From Spirochaetia bacterium (GTDB lineage Bacteria; Spirochaetota; Spirochaetia; DSM-27196; Salinispiraceae), in NCBI GenBank assembly GCA_038204425.1, contig JBBRCZ010000005.1:64001-128000 (forward strand): a stretch of 64,000 nt of DNA, in the 5' to 3' direction. Shown here one piece after another: positions 48,192-57,356 of this stretch. The translations under genes and the position numbers were made by a program. The notes under the pieces were generated by a model. The model was not told where the DNA came from. It ran no database searches and saw nothing but the letters and a program-made list of their open reading frames with translations. The number at the start of each line of letters is the position of its first letter. The first letter of the stretch is position 1.

Positions 48192-48529
48192 TTATTTTCC
48201 GCCTTTTGCACTTTCTTGACCGGATGAAACTTGCCCAACATACGGTGGGTAACTATGAAGCCACCTACCACGTTTATGCTTGCAAATAAAACTGAAGCAA
48301 TAGAAAAAACAATCACAATAAGTTTGATTGTGGGCTCGTTGACTGCCTCGGCCAAGCCCAAGGCAAGGATAGCGCCAACTATCGAAATACCTGAGATTGC
48401 ATTGGATCCAGACATCAATGGAGTATGAAGCAGACTTGGCACTTTGTTGATCATTTCAAAACCCACAAAGATTGCCAATACAAACACAGTTACTATATTC
48501 AGAAAGGTACTAATACTAGTCAATTCCAT
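48188..48529 (-). CDS. pntA: NAD(P) transhydrogenase alpha subunit, membrane part (alpha-2)
   Basis: VPSLLHTPLMSGSNAISG and NVVGGF.VTHRML. Confidence 0.95.
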   Translation of the reverse strand: MELTSISTFLNIVTVFVLAIFVGFEMINKVPSLLHTPLMSGSNAISGISIVGAILALGLAEAVNEPTIKLIVIVFSIASVLFASINVVGGFIVTHRMLGKFHPVKKVQKAENK

Positions 48530-48574
48530 AAAAACGCTCCTTCTAGCTGCTTTTGCAACCAAGCTAACACCGGA

Positions 48575-49720
48575 TTAAATACCGAGTGTCTGACTATTCT
48601 TTTCGTTGGCACCCTTGCCAGCATGAGTCAGAATACAAGCTGCGATAATCTCATCTTCGAGATTGATCGAAAAATTCTTTTCTTTGTCAAAGAATAGCCC
48701 CAAAAAAGTACTGATGTTTTTGCTAAAGAGTTGGCTTGCAGTGTTTGCAAGTCTGGCTGCTAAGTTGAGTGGCGCCATTATAGTGACTCCATGTGCAACG
48801 ATGGTCTTGCCTGGCTGTGACAAAACGCAGTTGCCGCCACGTTCCGCTGCAAGGTCCATAATCACACTGCCCGGTGCCATCGCTTTTACCATTTCTTCTG
48901 AAATGAGTTTGGGCGAAGGACGTCCAGGAATAGCGGCCGTAGAAATTATTACGTCAATGTCCTTAGCATAAGCAATTAACTTTTCTTGCTGTTTCTTCTT
49001 TTGCTCGTCGCTCAGTTCTTTTGCATAGCCCCCTTGGCCTTCTGCAGATCCAAGATCAAACTCAACAAAGCGTGCACCAAGACTCTCAACTTGTTCTTTG
49101 ACGGCGGGGCGAACATCAAACGCACTTACAACGCTTCCAAGTCGCTTGGCGGTGGCCAAAGCCTGTAAACCAGCGACCCCTGCTCCCAAAACGAATACTT
49201 TGGCAGGAACGACGGTCCCAGCTGCGGTCATCATCATTGGAAACATTTTTGGCAGGTTTTCGGCGGCCTGTAAAACACCGAGGTAACCGGCAAGACTCGC
49301 CATAGACGACAAGACATCCATGCTTTGAGCACGAGTAATTCGTGGAATGAGTTCCAAAGAGAACGAACTGATCTGCTTCTCCTTGTAGATCTTAAAGCTC
49401 TCATGAGCTTGGTATGGATCCATCATTGCGATCAGAACCTGGCCTTCTTTTTGAATGGCCGCATCTTTTAGACTGTGGTCACCATCTGCAGAGCCAGCCC
49501 TCACGGCGAGCACTATCTCAGATTCCGACAAAATCGTTTTTCTGTCAGTTACATGTGCGCCTGCTTTTACATAAGCATCATCTGGAAATCCAGCGGCTGC
49601 ACCAGCGTTGGTTTCTATCTGAATTGCATGTCCAGCCTTAATCAGACCAGCTATGTGAGCTGGAACCAAAGCGACTCTGGTTTCCAAGGCATGTTGTTCC
49701 TTGGGTACACCTATTTTCAT
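48575..49720 (-). CDS. pntA: NAD(P) transhydrogenase alpha subunit, soluble part (alpha-1)
   Basis: IGVPKE, RITRAQSMDVLSS, GAGVAGL and DLAAERGGNC. Confidence 0.97.
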   Translation of the reverse strand: MKIGVPKEQHALETRVALVPAHIAGLIKAGHAIQIETNAGAAAGFPDDAYVKAGAHVTDRKTILSESEIVLAVRAGSADGDHSLKDAAIQKEGQVLIAMMDPYQAHESFKIYKEKQISSFSLELIPRITRAQSMDVLSSMASLAGYLGVLQAAENLPKMFPMMMTAAGTVVPAKVFVLGAGVAGLQALATAKRLGSVVSAFDVRPAVKEQVESLGARFVEFDLGSAEGQGGYAKELSDEQKKKQQEKLIAYAKDIDVIISTAAIPGRPSPKLISEEMVKAMAPGSVIMDLAAERGGNCVLSQPGKTIVAHGVTIMAPLNLAARLANTASQLFSKNISTFLGLFFDKEKNFSINLEDEIIAACILTHAGKGANEKNSQTLGI

Positions 49721-49733
49721 TAAAAGACTCCTT

Positions 49734-51239
49734 CTATTTGATCTTCTCAATCATATCAGCACATATTTTTCCCGAAAGAACCACCAGAGGCATTCCTCCG
49801 CCGGGATGCACGCTCCCACCACAAAAATACAAACCTTTGTAATCCCGACTTTGGTTAGGATGCCGCGCAAAGGCCGCCGTGCGAGAAATTGAGGAAGTTC
49901 CGTAGAGACTTCCTCGATAAGAACCAGTCTTACGCCAAATGTCGGCCGGAGTCAAACAGGCCTGCTGTTTAATCGCGTTTTGGAGGTCAAAATTTAGCTT
50001 TCGTGCAAGTTGTTCTTGTATCCACTGGCTCGTCTTGTGGGACTCGGTCTTCCAGTCTTGACCATTATCACAAGGAGCGTTAATCGAAACGAACCAGTTT
50101 TCGTGCCCAGGTGGCGCATCTGACAAATTGACTTTTGAACTAATGTTAACAAATACAGTTGGTTTGTCGGGGACTTGGCCGTCATCAAAAATTGCCTTAA
50201 ACTCGGCAGGATAGTCTTCGGAAAAAAAGACGTTATTGACTAACATTGACCTGTTGTTCTTATTTACGCCCCAATAATACACAAGACCCGAGGAAGAAAG
50301 CTGTCCCTCTTGGTGCTTTTTGTAGTCTCTACTTGTTTCATCTTCCAAGAGATTTCCGTAAGTGTTTCTCACATCGGTGTTACTTATCACCGCGTCAGCC
50401 TGATATACTTCACCTGCTACCTTAATTCCCTCGACCACGCTATCTTTTGTCAGAATTTTTTGAACTTCTTTACCAAAATGAAAACTCACACCCAGTTCTA
50501 TTGCAACTCGCATCAGAGCTTCGGAAATAGCATATATCCCGCCGTCGACACCATAACCACCACCATGCCACTCAATCGACGGAATAATCGCTAGTGTGGC
50601 GGGTGCCAAGTAGGGACTAGATCCATTGTAGCTAGCAAAACGATTAAAAAGCTGGACCGTTCGCGCATCGTTAAACCACGTGCGGTGGGCTTCATCCAAG
50701 CTACGAAAGGCATCGATGTGGCCAAGCTTAAACAAGTTCTTAAAGAACTCAGTGCTTAGATAACTGGAAGCCTTGTGCAAGCTCTGTTCAAGAAACAGTG
50801 TATGGGTAGTGCTCCATATATTTTTTGCATGTTTAAAATAAGAAATAACTTTACTTGGCTCTTCGCCCAATTTATCATGCAGTTCTTGAGCAAACTGATC
50901 AATGTCTGCAAATCCATCGACGACCGTGCCATCAGCAAAAAAATAGCGCGTGATAGGATCAAGTCTAATAAAATTTAGGTAGTCTTCTCGTCTGCGACCA
51001 ATTTCTTCAAACAATTGGTCAAAAACAAAGGGCATGGTTAGTAAGCTTGGTCCGGTATCAAATCGATAGGGGCCCAACCATTCAGAGCCCGCCTTACCAC
51101 CTGGATGGGACTCTTTTTCAAAGACTCTTACATCCCAGCCGCGATGCGCAAGCCTAATAGCTGCAGAAAGACCACCAAGTCCAGCGCCAATAATCAGCGC
51201 TCTTTTTTTTTGCTTTTGTTCTTTTGTGATCATGTCCAC
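49734..51239 (-). CDS. Phytoene desaturase family protein (CrtI/CrtD-like)
   Basis: IIGAGLGGL, RFDTGPSLLTMP and GGSVHPGGGMP. Confidence 0.9.
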   Translation of the reverse strand: MDMITKEQKQKKRALIIGAGLGGLSAAIRLAHRGWDVRVFEKESHPGGKAGSEWLGPYRFDTGPSLLTMPFVFDQLFEEIGRRREDYLNFIRLDPITRYFFADGTVVDGFADIDQFAQELHDKLGEEPSKVISYFKHAKNIWSTTHTLFLEQSLHKASSYLSTEFFKNLFKLGHIDAFRSLDEAHRTWFNDARTVQLFNRFASYNGSSPYLAPATLAIIPSIEWHGGGYGVDGGIYAISEALMRVAIELGVSFHFGKEVQKILTKDSVVEGIKVAGEVYQADAVISNTDVRNTYGNLLEDETSRDYKKHQEGQLSSSGLVYYWGVNKNNRSMLVNNVFFSEDYPAEFKAIFDDGQVPDKPTVFVNISSKVNLSDAPPGHENWFVSINAPCDNGQDWKTESHKTSQWIQEQLARKLNFDLQNAIKQQACLTPADIWRKTGSYRGSLYGTSSISRTAAFARHPNQSRDYKGLYFCGGSVHPGGGMPLVVLSGKICADMIEKIK

Positions 51240-51267
51240 AAACCTTTTTTGGCCGTCTATTCTTTCG

Positions 51268-52521
51268 CTAATTTTGCTTTTTTTTCAGTACATTCTTAAG
51301 CAGGTTCAAGTGTTGATTTGACCCTAATATTTCTGAAGGATTTTCCATAGTATGTGGATGCTCACTTTTTTCAAAAAACCCAAATTCCTTTTTAATTGTT
51401 AGGATTCTACGTACAGCATCGTTAACCAGCGATTGGCTTAAGCGTCCATCTTCTAGTGCCAATTGTAGTTCTTTGAGTACGACCAGTGGCCTCGCTGGCC
51501 CTAAGAGCATATCACATCCCGCTTGCAAACTTGCAACCGCGGCCTCTTGGGCACTTGTTAGACCAAGAATGCCATGCATATCCAGAGCATCAGTAATGAC
51601 AAGTCCACCAAAACCCATCTGCACTCTCAGCAAATCTTTAAGGATTATTTTAGACATGCTAGAAGGAAGATTGCTTGGATCCAAGAGAGGATAAGAAACA
51701 TGTGCCGTCATGATACCCGCTGCGCCGGCCTCAAAGGCACTTGCAAAAGGTTTAAGGTCAGTTTTGTTTAACTCGACGAGACCAACCTTGACACTCTGAA
51801 TGCCAAAGTGACTATCACCAGCCGACCTTCCATGTCCCGGAAAGTGCTTTACTATTGGAACTATCTTCTGGGCCTTTAACGCGGCCACTGCGACTGCAAC
51901 CATCTTTGCATTTTGGTCTATATCGTCTGAAAATGCCCGGTCGCCAATAATATCTGAGCTGGTCATACCGCCTAGATCAGCAACCGGCGCAAAGTTCATG
52001 TTGATTCCAAGTGCGCCAAGTTCGTTTGCAATTATAGTATAAGCTTGGCTGACCGCTTCCGGCCCTGATTGCCCAAGCCGCCTTGCAGAAGGTATAGGGC
52101 TGGCGTGCATTGTAGCCGACCTTTGCAATCGACTTACTCTTCCACCTTCTTCGTCTACCGCAATAAACGGCGGAATGGTCAAAAGCTCCTTTATTTCTGC
52201 AACTAAGTTTAGCGTTTGTTGGGGATCTACCATGTTTTCTGCATACAAGACCACACCACCGGGTTGCAGTTGACGAAGAAATTGACGCTCTTGTTCTCCC
52301 AGTCTGGTGATTGACTTGCCGTTTTGTTTCCAACGAATGTATACAATCAGCAACTGACCAAGCTGAGCATCGATTTCCAAATTTGAAACCATGGATTCAA
52401 TTTGTGCTTTTTGTTCTTCTTGTCCCTTTAAATGCAGACGGGCAGTCTGATCGTTGTTACAAGACAACAACAGCAACATCACCATTAAAATTAAAACTAG
52501 TATTCTGTTAAATTGGAACAT
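51268..52521 (-). CDS. nagZ: GH3 beta-N-acetylhexosaminidase (lipoprotein)
   Basis: LLLSC lipobox; VDEEGGRV, KHFPGHG...DSH and ITDALDM. Confidence 0.88.
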   Translation of the reverse strand: MFQFNRILVLILMVMLLLLSCNNDQTARLHLKGQEEQKAQIESMVSNLEIDAQLGQLLIVYIRWKQNGKSITRLGEQERQFLRQLQPGGVVLYAENMVDPQQTLNLVAEIKELLTIPPFIAVDEEGGRVSRLQRSATMHASPIPSARRLGQSGPEAVSQAYTIIANELGALGINMNFAPVADLGGMTSSDIIGDRAFSDDIDQNAKMVAVAVAALKAQKIVPIVKHFPGHGRSAGDSHFGIQSVKVGLVELNKTDLKPFASAFEAGAAGIMTAHVSYPLLDPSNLPSSMSKIILKDLLRVQMGFGGLVITDALDMHGILGLTSAQEAAVASLQAGCDMLLGPARPLVVLKELQLALEDGRLSQSLVNDAVRRILTIKKEFGFFEKSEHPHTMENPSEILGSNQHLNLLKNVLKKKQN

Positions 52522-52640
52522 TTGATTTACCAAAACATGTCCATGTGCTTTTGGGCAAGTACCCACGCTGCCTTTGAGCTCTCATCTTCGCCAAGAAATT
52601 GAACTCAAAGGCCTTCCGTAGACGAAAATATATACTATGC

Positions 52641-52772
52641 TGTATATTTTTTTATACACTTTAGCACCGAAGCACTTTCTTCACCAAACTCTCAGAATTC
52701 ACTAACTATATATATTACAGTATTTTAAGATTTAAATTAGTGTTCGACCAAGTACTTGGCACAGTTCGTGCA
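52641..52772 (+). promoter_or_regulatory. Putative sigma54 promoter with upstream palindrome
   Basis: TTGGCACAGTTCGTGCA (GG-N10-GC) at 52756-52772; TGTATA-N6-TATACA at 52641-52658; AT-rich spacer. Confidence 0.55.
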
Positions 52773-52786
52773 ATTATAGTACTACA

Positions 52787-53422
52787 ATGGCTGAATTACC
52801 GATTGCAAGCAGAAACTTAGGCACTTTACGACCAAACATAAGGTCAGAACTTAAACATGAAATTTTACGCAAAACTCTTCATGTCCTGATTGGCTTTACA
52901 CCGCTCTTAGTTCAAGTAATCGGTCAAGTCTATACTATTTCGCTGCTTGGAACTGGAATTCTGTTTTACACCTTGTCCGAGTACTTTAGAATCATTGGCA
53001 TTAGAATTCCCCTCATTAGTAAACTAACAGAGCTTTCTATGAGAGACCGAGATCGCAACAAGTTTGTCTTGGGTCCGGTCACACTTGGTCTGGGTGCGAT
53101 GTTAGCACTGCTTTTGTATCCAGATCCCGCAGCCTCGGCGGCAATCTACGCTTTAGCTTTTGGAGACGGGCTTTCTAGCCTTGCCGGCAAGGCCTTTGGA
53201 ACCGTCAAAATTCCTGGCACTGGTGGCAAGTCTGTAGAAGGTAGTATTACATGCTTTATCGCTGTTCTTTTCTCGATACTCTTTCTGGTACCAAGTATAG
53301 ATCCTTTTAAGGCAAGTTTAATTGCATTGGTTGCTACCGCTTTAGAAGCCTTGCCTAGCAAAGATTTTGACAATCTTATTTTACCAGTTGGCACTGGCTT
53401 GCTAACAATGCTTTTGACTTAG
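52787..53422 (+). CDS. Polyprenol/diacylglycerol kinase family (SEC59/DGK1/VTE5; CTP-transferase-like) membrane protein
   Basis: RKTLHV, FGDGLSSLAGK.FG, KSVEGS and DNLILP. Confidence 0.85.
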   Translation: MAELPIASRNLGTLRPNIRSELKHEILRKTLHVLIGFTPLLVQVIGQVYTISLLGTGILFYTLSEYFRIIGIRIPLISKLTELSMRDRDRNKFVLGPVTLGLGAMLALLLYPDPAASAAIYALAFGDGLSSLAGKAFGTVKIPGTGGKSVEGSITCFIAVLFSILFLVPSIDPFKASLIALVATALEALPSKDFDNLILPVGTGLLTMLLT

Positions 53423-53433
53423 TATTCTGGAAA

Positions 53434-54264
53434 CTAGTACCACATAAAGCTGGACATAAACCTGCGCGTTAACCAAACCATACTAACGGTTAGGCAGGTC
53501 CACGCCAAACTAAGTACCAGCCAATCGGTGGAGGCATACGCTAACTCATAGCCACCCAAGAGCAGTACAATTGGTACCAAAGTTACATAGTCGTTGATAT
53601 CTCGTGAACTTAGTGCGCTCTTTAGAAAATTCACAATACTTAGGATTCCGGCAATTATACGAAAGCTGTCCGTGTTGAGAGCGCCAGAAACCGAGTACAG
53701 CAAGGTTTGGTTTAGCCTAGTTACATCAAGCGGCAATAAGTAGGCTACTGCGAGAGAGATGATACTTATGCTGGCAAGTAGGTAACCTTGGTTCTTGATC
53801 TTGATTCCCGACGCATAGAGACTTGCACTGAGAATAGATAGTGACCCAAATACTCGAGCGGCCATTTCAAGTCTGGATAGGGCCATCCTTGTGCCAATAC
53901 TCTCGTGACTAACGATAGCATAAATGTTAATAATTCTGATGATTTCAAAACCCATTGATAGCCAAAAGAGCACCAAAAAAAACAACTGTGGAGAAATTAC
54001 TCTTCTAAAGTCTCTTAAAAAAATAAAACAGGCGATCCATGCCAATACTACAGAGGCTCCCGCGTTGGTTACATTTATGATGAGCACAGATGGTTCAATA
54101 GACCATTCTAAGTCAAGATACTGCCCCATTGCCTTTGAGTACTCAGATCCAAGATTGGCGTTTGCAAAGTCAACAGAAAGAACTAGAAATACGAATCCGG
54201 CTATGGCGAGGCAAAGCAGAACAAAAAATACTAAAATGATGATGTTGCGAGCTTTGAGAGTCAT
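53434..54264 (-). CDS. Hypothetical polytopic membrane protein
   Basis: About 8 hydrophobic segments; extended -10 (TGTTATACT) upstream. Confidence 0.72.
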   Translation of the reverse strand: MTLKARNIIILVFFVLLCLAIAGFVFLVLSVDFANANLGSEYSKAMGQYLDLEWSIEPSVLIINVTNAGASVVLAWIACFIFLRDFRRVISPQLFFLVLFWLSMGFEIIRIINIYAIVSHESIGTRMALSRLEMAARVFGSLSILSASLYASGIKIKNQGYLLASISIISLAVAYLLPLDVTRLNQTLLYSVSGALNTDSFRIIAGILSIVNFLKSALSSRDINDYVTLVPIVLLLGGYELAYASTDWLVLSLAWTCLTVSMVWLTRRFMSSFMWY

Positions 54265-54368
54265 GCCAACAAGTATAACAGATTGCAAGCAGAAAAATAA
54301 ACATTCTGCTTAAGACGAAAACCCTCAAGAAATTCCGCAACTGATCGATAAAGATTAAGGAGGCACGT

Positions 54369-55061
54369 ATGAAATCCCGTTTTTTTCTATCCATCATCAT
54401 CTTTTGTGCCGTTTGTGTAACAGTCACGGCAGGTGAAATCAGCACCTTTGTCAACCTCGGCTTCTCAAGCGACTCCACAAAGTTTATGTTTGGGATTCAT
54501 AGCTTGTCAGATAAGAATGCATACCCTAAAGCAGAAGCCTATATTGTCGATGTGATTAGTAACCGCTTCATAAACAAGGGACGAGAGTCGTTTACCGCTA
54601 CTCGACCTGCAAATCTCGGCCAAGATGGATTGGGTGCCCTATTTACCGTAACTGGCCGCTTGCAGAATGTCATTCAAACGTCGGGTATCGATCACGGAAG
54701 CTCGGGGCGCTTGGTGTACATACTGCTCAATGGCGACTTGCCTAAATCTAACATTGCTTTCAGAGACTTCAACACAGGCAATGCATTTAGTGTTGAACTG
54801 GCCCAATCAACTAGAAAAGTCCAAGCAAGCAATGAATCGGAGTTCTCTCTCAAAGTGATAGTCACGAGCGCAAGCAGCCAAGTCAAGACGTTTAACATCG
54901 GTAGACCTGGGTTTTACCGGAGCAACGTAGACCGCTACAAAGTTAGACAGATTGTTTTAAGCCCCGACGAAAGAAGTTTGGTTTTTGTTATCGAGAAAGA
55001 GTTAGACTCGGCAAACGGTCACAGTTCTCATTACATGGTAGAGACCGTAAGGGTATTTTAG
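54369..55061 (+). CDS. DUF2259-like secreted protein
   Basis: Signal peptide; FVNLGFSSD..FMFG and terminal YMVETV; RBS AGGAGG. Confidence 0.78.
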   Translation: MKSRFFLSIIIFCAVCVTVTAGEISTFVNLGFSSDSTKFMFGIHSLSDKNAYPKAEAYIVDVISNRFINKGRESFTATRPANLGQDGLGALFTVTGRLQNVIQTSGIDHGSSGRLVYILLNGDLPKSNIAFRDFNTGNAFSVELAQSTRKVQASNESEFSLKVIVTSASSQVKTFNIGRPGFYRSNVDRYKVRQIVLSPDERSLVFVIEKELDSANGHSSHYMVETVRVF

Positions 55062-55075
55062 CTTAGTAAATCACC

Positions 55076-55160
55076 CGGGCGCAAAGGGAAGCCGAATGTA
55101 AATACGATTGACCTTCTACTAGACGGCGCTCTACAATCGGGCGCAAAAGGAAGTCGTATG
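55076..55160 (+). repeat. 23-bp imperfect direct repeat flanking the proS promoter
   Basis: CGGGCGCAAAGGGAAGCCGAATG (55076-55098) vs CGGGCGCAAAAGGAAGTCGTATG (55138-55160), 20/23 identical; TTGACC-N18-TACAAT lies between them. Confidence 0.75.
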
Positions 55161-56612
55161 GCAGAGAAAATTACCCCCCGTTCACAAAACTATTCAGATT
55201 GGTATGTAGACCTGATTACTCAAGCAAAACTGGCCGACTACGGTCCTGTTAAGGGCTGCATGGTAATTAGACCACGTGGCTATGCGATTTGGGAGCAAAT
55301 CCAATCCAATCTTGATCGCATGTTTAAGGAAACGGGACATCAAAACGCCTATTTTCCGCTACTAATACCCGAGTCATTTATCACCAAAGAAAAGGAGCAC
55401 GTTGAGGGTTTTGCACCTGAACTAGCAGTAGTTACCCATGCAGGAGGAGAAAAACTAGAAGAGCCTTTGGTGATTAGACCTACTTCTGAGACTATAATTT
55501 GGTCAATGTACAAAAATTGGATCCAATCTTACCGCGATCTTCCTTTGCTCATTAACCAATGGGCCAACGTTCTTCGCTGGGAAAAGAGAACCAGACTTTT
55601 TCTGCGTACCACCGAGTTTCTTTGGCAAGAGGGCCATACTGCCCATGCTAGTGAGGCCGAAGCCCTCGAAGAAACTCAAAAGATGCTCGAAGTCTATCGT
55701 CAATTTTCTGAAGAATTTCTTGCAATCCCGGTTCTAACTGGAGTCAAGTCCGAGTCAGAGAAATTTGCCGGTGCTGTTGCGACCTACGCCATAGAAGCCA
55801 TGATGCAGGACAAAAAAGCGCTCCAAGCAGGTACAAGTCACTATCTTGGACAGAACTTTGCCAAAGCGTTTGATGTACAGTTTCAGAACAAAGAGGGCAA
55901 ACTCGAGTACGTATATGCGACCAGCTGGGGAGTTTCAACTCGCTTAATTGGTGCGCTCATCATGGCTCATTCTGACGACAGTGGTTTGGTACTTCCACCG
56001 CGAATTGCCCCAACCAAAGTCGCTATTGTTCCTATTTTTAAGACGGCCACCAAAGAACTCGTGCTTGAGTTTGCCGCCAAGCTGCAAAAGTCAATCGCCA
56101 ATATTATTGGTACTGGTGCACGCACTGTTGTGTTGGACGACGACGATACTACAAGTCCAGGATGGAAATTTGCCGAGTGGGAGCTTCAAGGCGTCCCCGT
56201 TAGGGTAGAAGTTGGACCAAGAGATATAGAAGCGGGCAAAGCGACTTTGTTTAGACGCGACACTCGTCAAAAGTTTGAAGTCGACCTTGGCGAGATAGAA
56301 TTGCGCATTCAGGCCCTATTGACCGAGATTCAAGACAACCTATTTACCCGTGCACTTAGTTTTAGGCAAGAAAATACTCATAGTGCTGAAACTTATGCTG
56401 AGTTTGTGGCACTATTGTCTGATGAGGGCAAGGGCGGCTTTGTTAAAGCCGCATGGTCTGGTGATGCAGCAATAGAAAAGAAGGTCAAAGAAGAAACCAA
56501 AGCCACCATAAGAGTTCTTCCCTTTGGCAATGAACTTGAAGCAGCTGGAAAGACCTGTATTTTTACTGGCAAGGCAGCAAAGTATATGGCTATCTTTGCT
56601 CGTTCTTATTAA
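55158..56612 (+). CDS. proS: Proline--tRNA ligase (archaeal/eukaryotic type)
   Basis: [41 protein letters not shown] and C-terminal FARSY. Confidence 0.98.
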   Translation: MAEKITPRSQNYSDWYVDLITQAKLADYGPVKGCMVIRPRGYAIWEQIQSNLDRMFKETGHQNAYFPLLIPESFITKEKEHVEGFAPELAVVTHAGGEKLEEPLVIRPTSETIIWSMYKNWIQSYRDLPLLINQWANVLRWEKRTRLFLRTTEFLWQEGHTAHASEAEALEETQKMLEVYRQFSEEFLAIPVLTGVKSESEKFAGAVATYAIEAMMQDKKALQAGTSHYLGQNFAKAFDVQFQNKEGKLEYVYATSWGVSTRLIGALIMAHSDDSGLVLPPRIAPTKVAIVPIFKTATKELVLEFAAKLQKSIANIIGTGARTVVLDDDDTTSPGWKFAEWELQGVPVRVEVGPRDIEAGKATLFRRDTRQKFEVDLGEIELRIQALLTEIQDNLFTRALSFRQENTHSAETYAEFVALLSDEGKGGFVKAAWSGDAAIEKKVKEETKATIRVLPFGNELEAAGKTCIFTGKAAKYMAIFARSY

Positions 56613-56639
56613 TAGTTTAAGGAAGATTTGGAGGTCGCG

Positions 56640-57356
56640 ATGAAGACATATAGAATGGCGTTGCTCGTGCTCGTGCTGTTTTCTTTTTTCGGCCAACAAA
56701 TCATTGCTCAAGAACTTAGCTCATCAGAGCGCTTTGCACTTTTCATTTCTTATTCACCGCTACACTGGCTTGGTCAGGGTTATCCAACTACGCCAGATGC
56801 AGAACATCCCAATACCGATGGCATTAGGGCAAGCGGCCTGCGATCGATTGCGGGATTTGGGGTTGCAATTCCTTTGGCACGCGCCCTCACTTTACACCCA
56901 GCGATAGAGTTAACCTTTGACGAGTATGTCTTTAAGCCAAGCATTGGCAAAGCGTTTCCCACTTTCAAAAGTACGGGGAGTCAGGTAGAGCAAAACGCCG
57001 CCGTTGCAAGTGTAATGGGTTTGTTTTTTCAAGTACCATTAAATTTTGTTTTTGTACTCAATGAGTCAATCAATTTAGAACTTGGTCCAGGTCTCAACTT
57101 CTATTTCCTCATTCCAACTCAAGCTCTAGATGGATCTGAGAATATTGAACGTATTGGCGACTATCTCAACAAAGATCTGCGCTGGTTTTACCCCTCAGTT
57201 CATACAAGCGTTAGTTTTGACTTAGACACTTTGATTCAAGGCGCGTTCAGAATTAGGGCATTTCTGCCTTTATGGCAAGCTTGGTCAGGTGACGGCCTTC
57301 CGTTCTATGACCACTTAATGTTGGATCTTTCTTTTTTAGTGCGCTTCAAACTTTAG
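56640..57356 (+). CDS. Exported protein, possible outer-membrane beta-barrel
   Basis: Signal peptide; alternating amphipathic strands; terminal LDLSFLVRFKL. Confidence 0.65.
   Translation: MKTYRMALLVLVLFSFFGQQIIAQELSSSERFALFISYSPLHWLGQGYPTTPDAEHPNTDGIRASGLRSIAGFGVAIPLARALTLHPAIELTFDEYVFKPSIGKAFPTFKSTGSQVEQNAAVASVMGLFFQVPLNFVFVLNESINLELGPGLNFYFLIPTQALDGSENIERIGDYLNKDLRWFYPSVHTSVSFDLDTLIQGAFRIRAFLPLWQAWSGDGLPFYDHLMLDLSFLVRFKL

Noticed and set aside
55062..55157. T-box or c-di-GMP riboswitch upstream of proS
   Set aside because: The region is too short, with no T-box GGTGGNACC or GEMM stem architecture. The GCAAA matches belong to the direct repeat.
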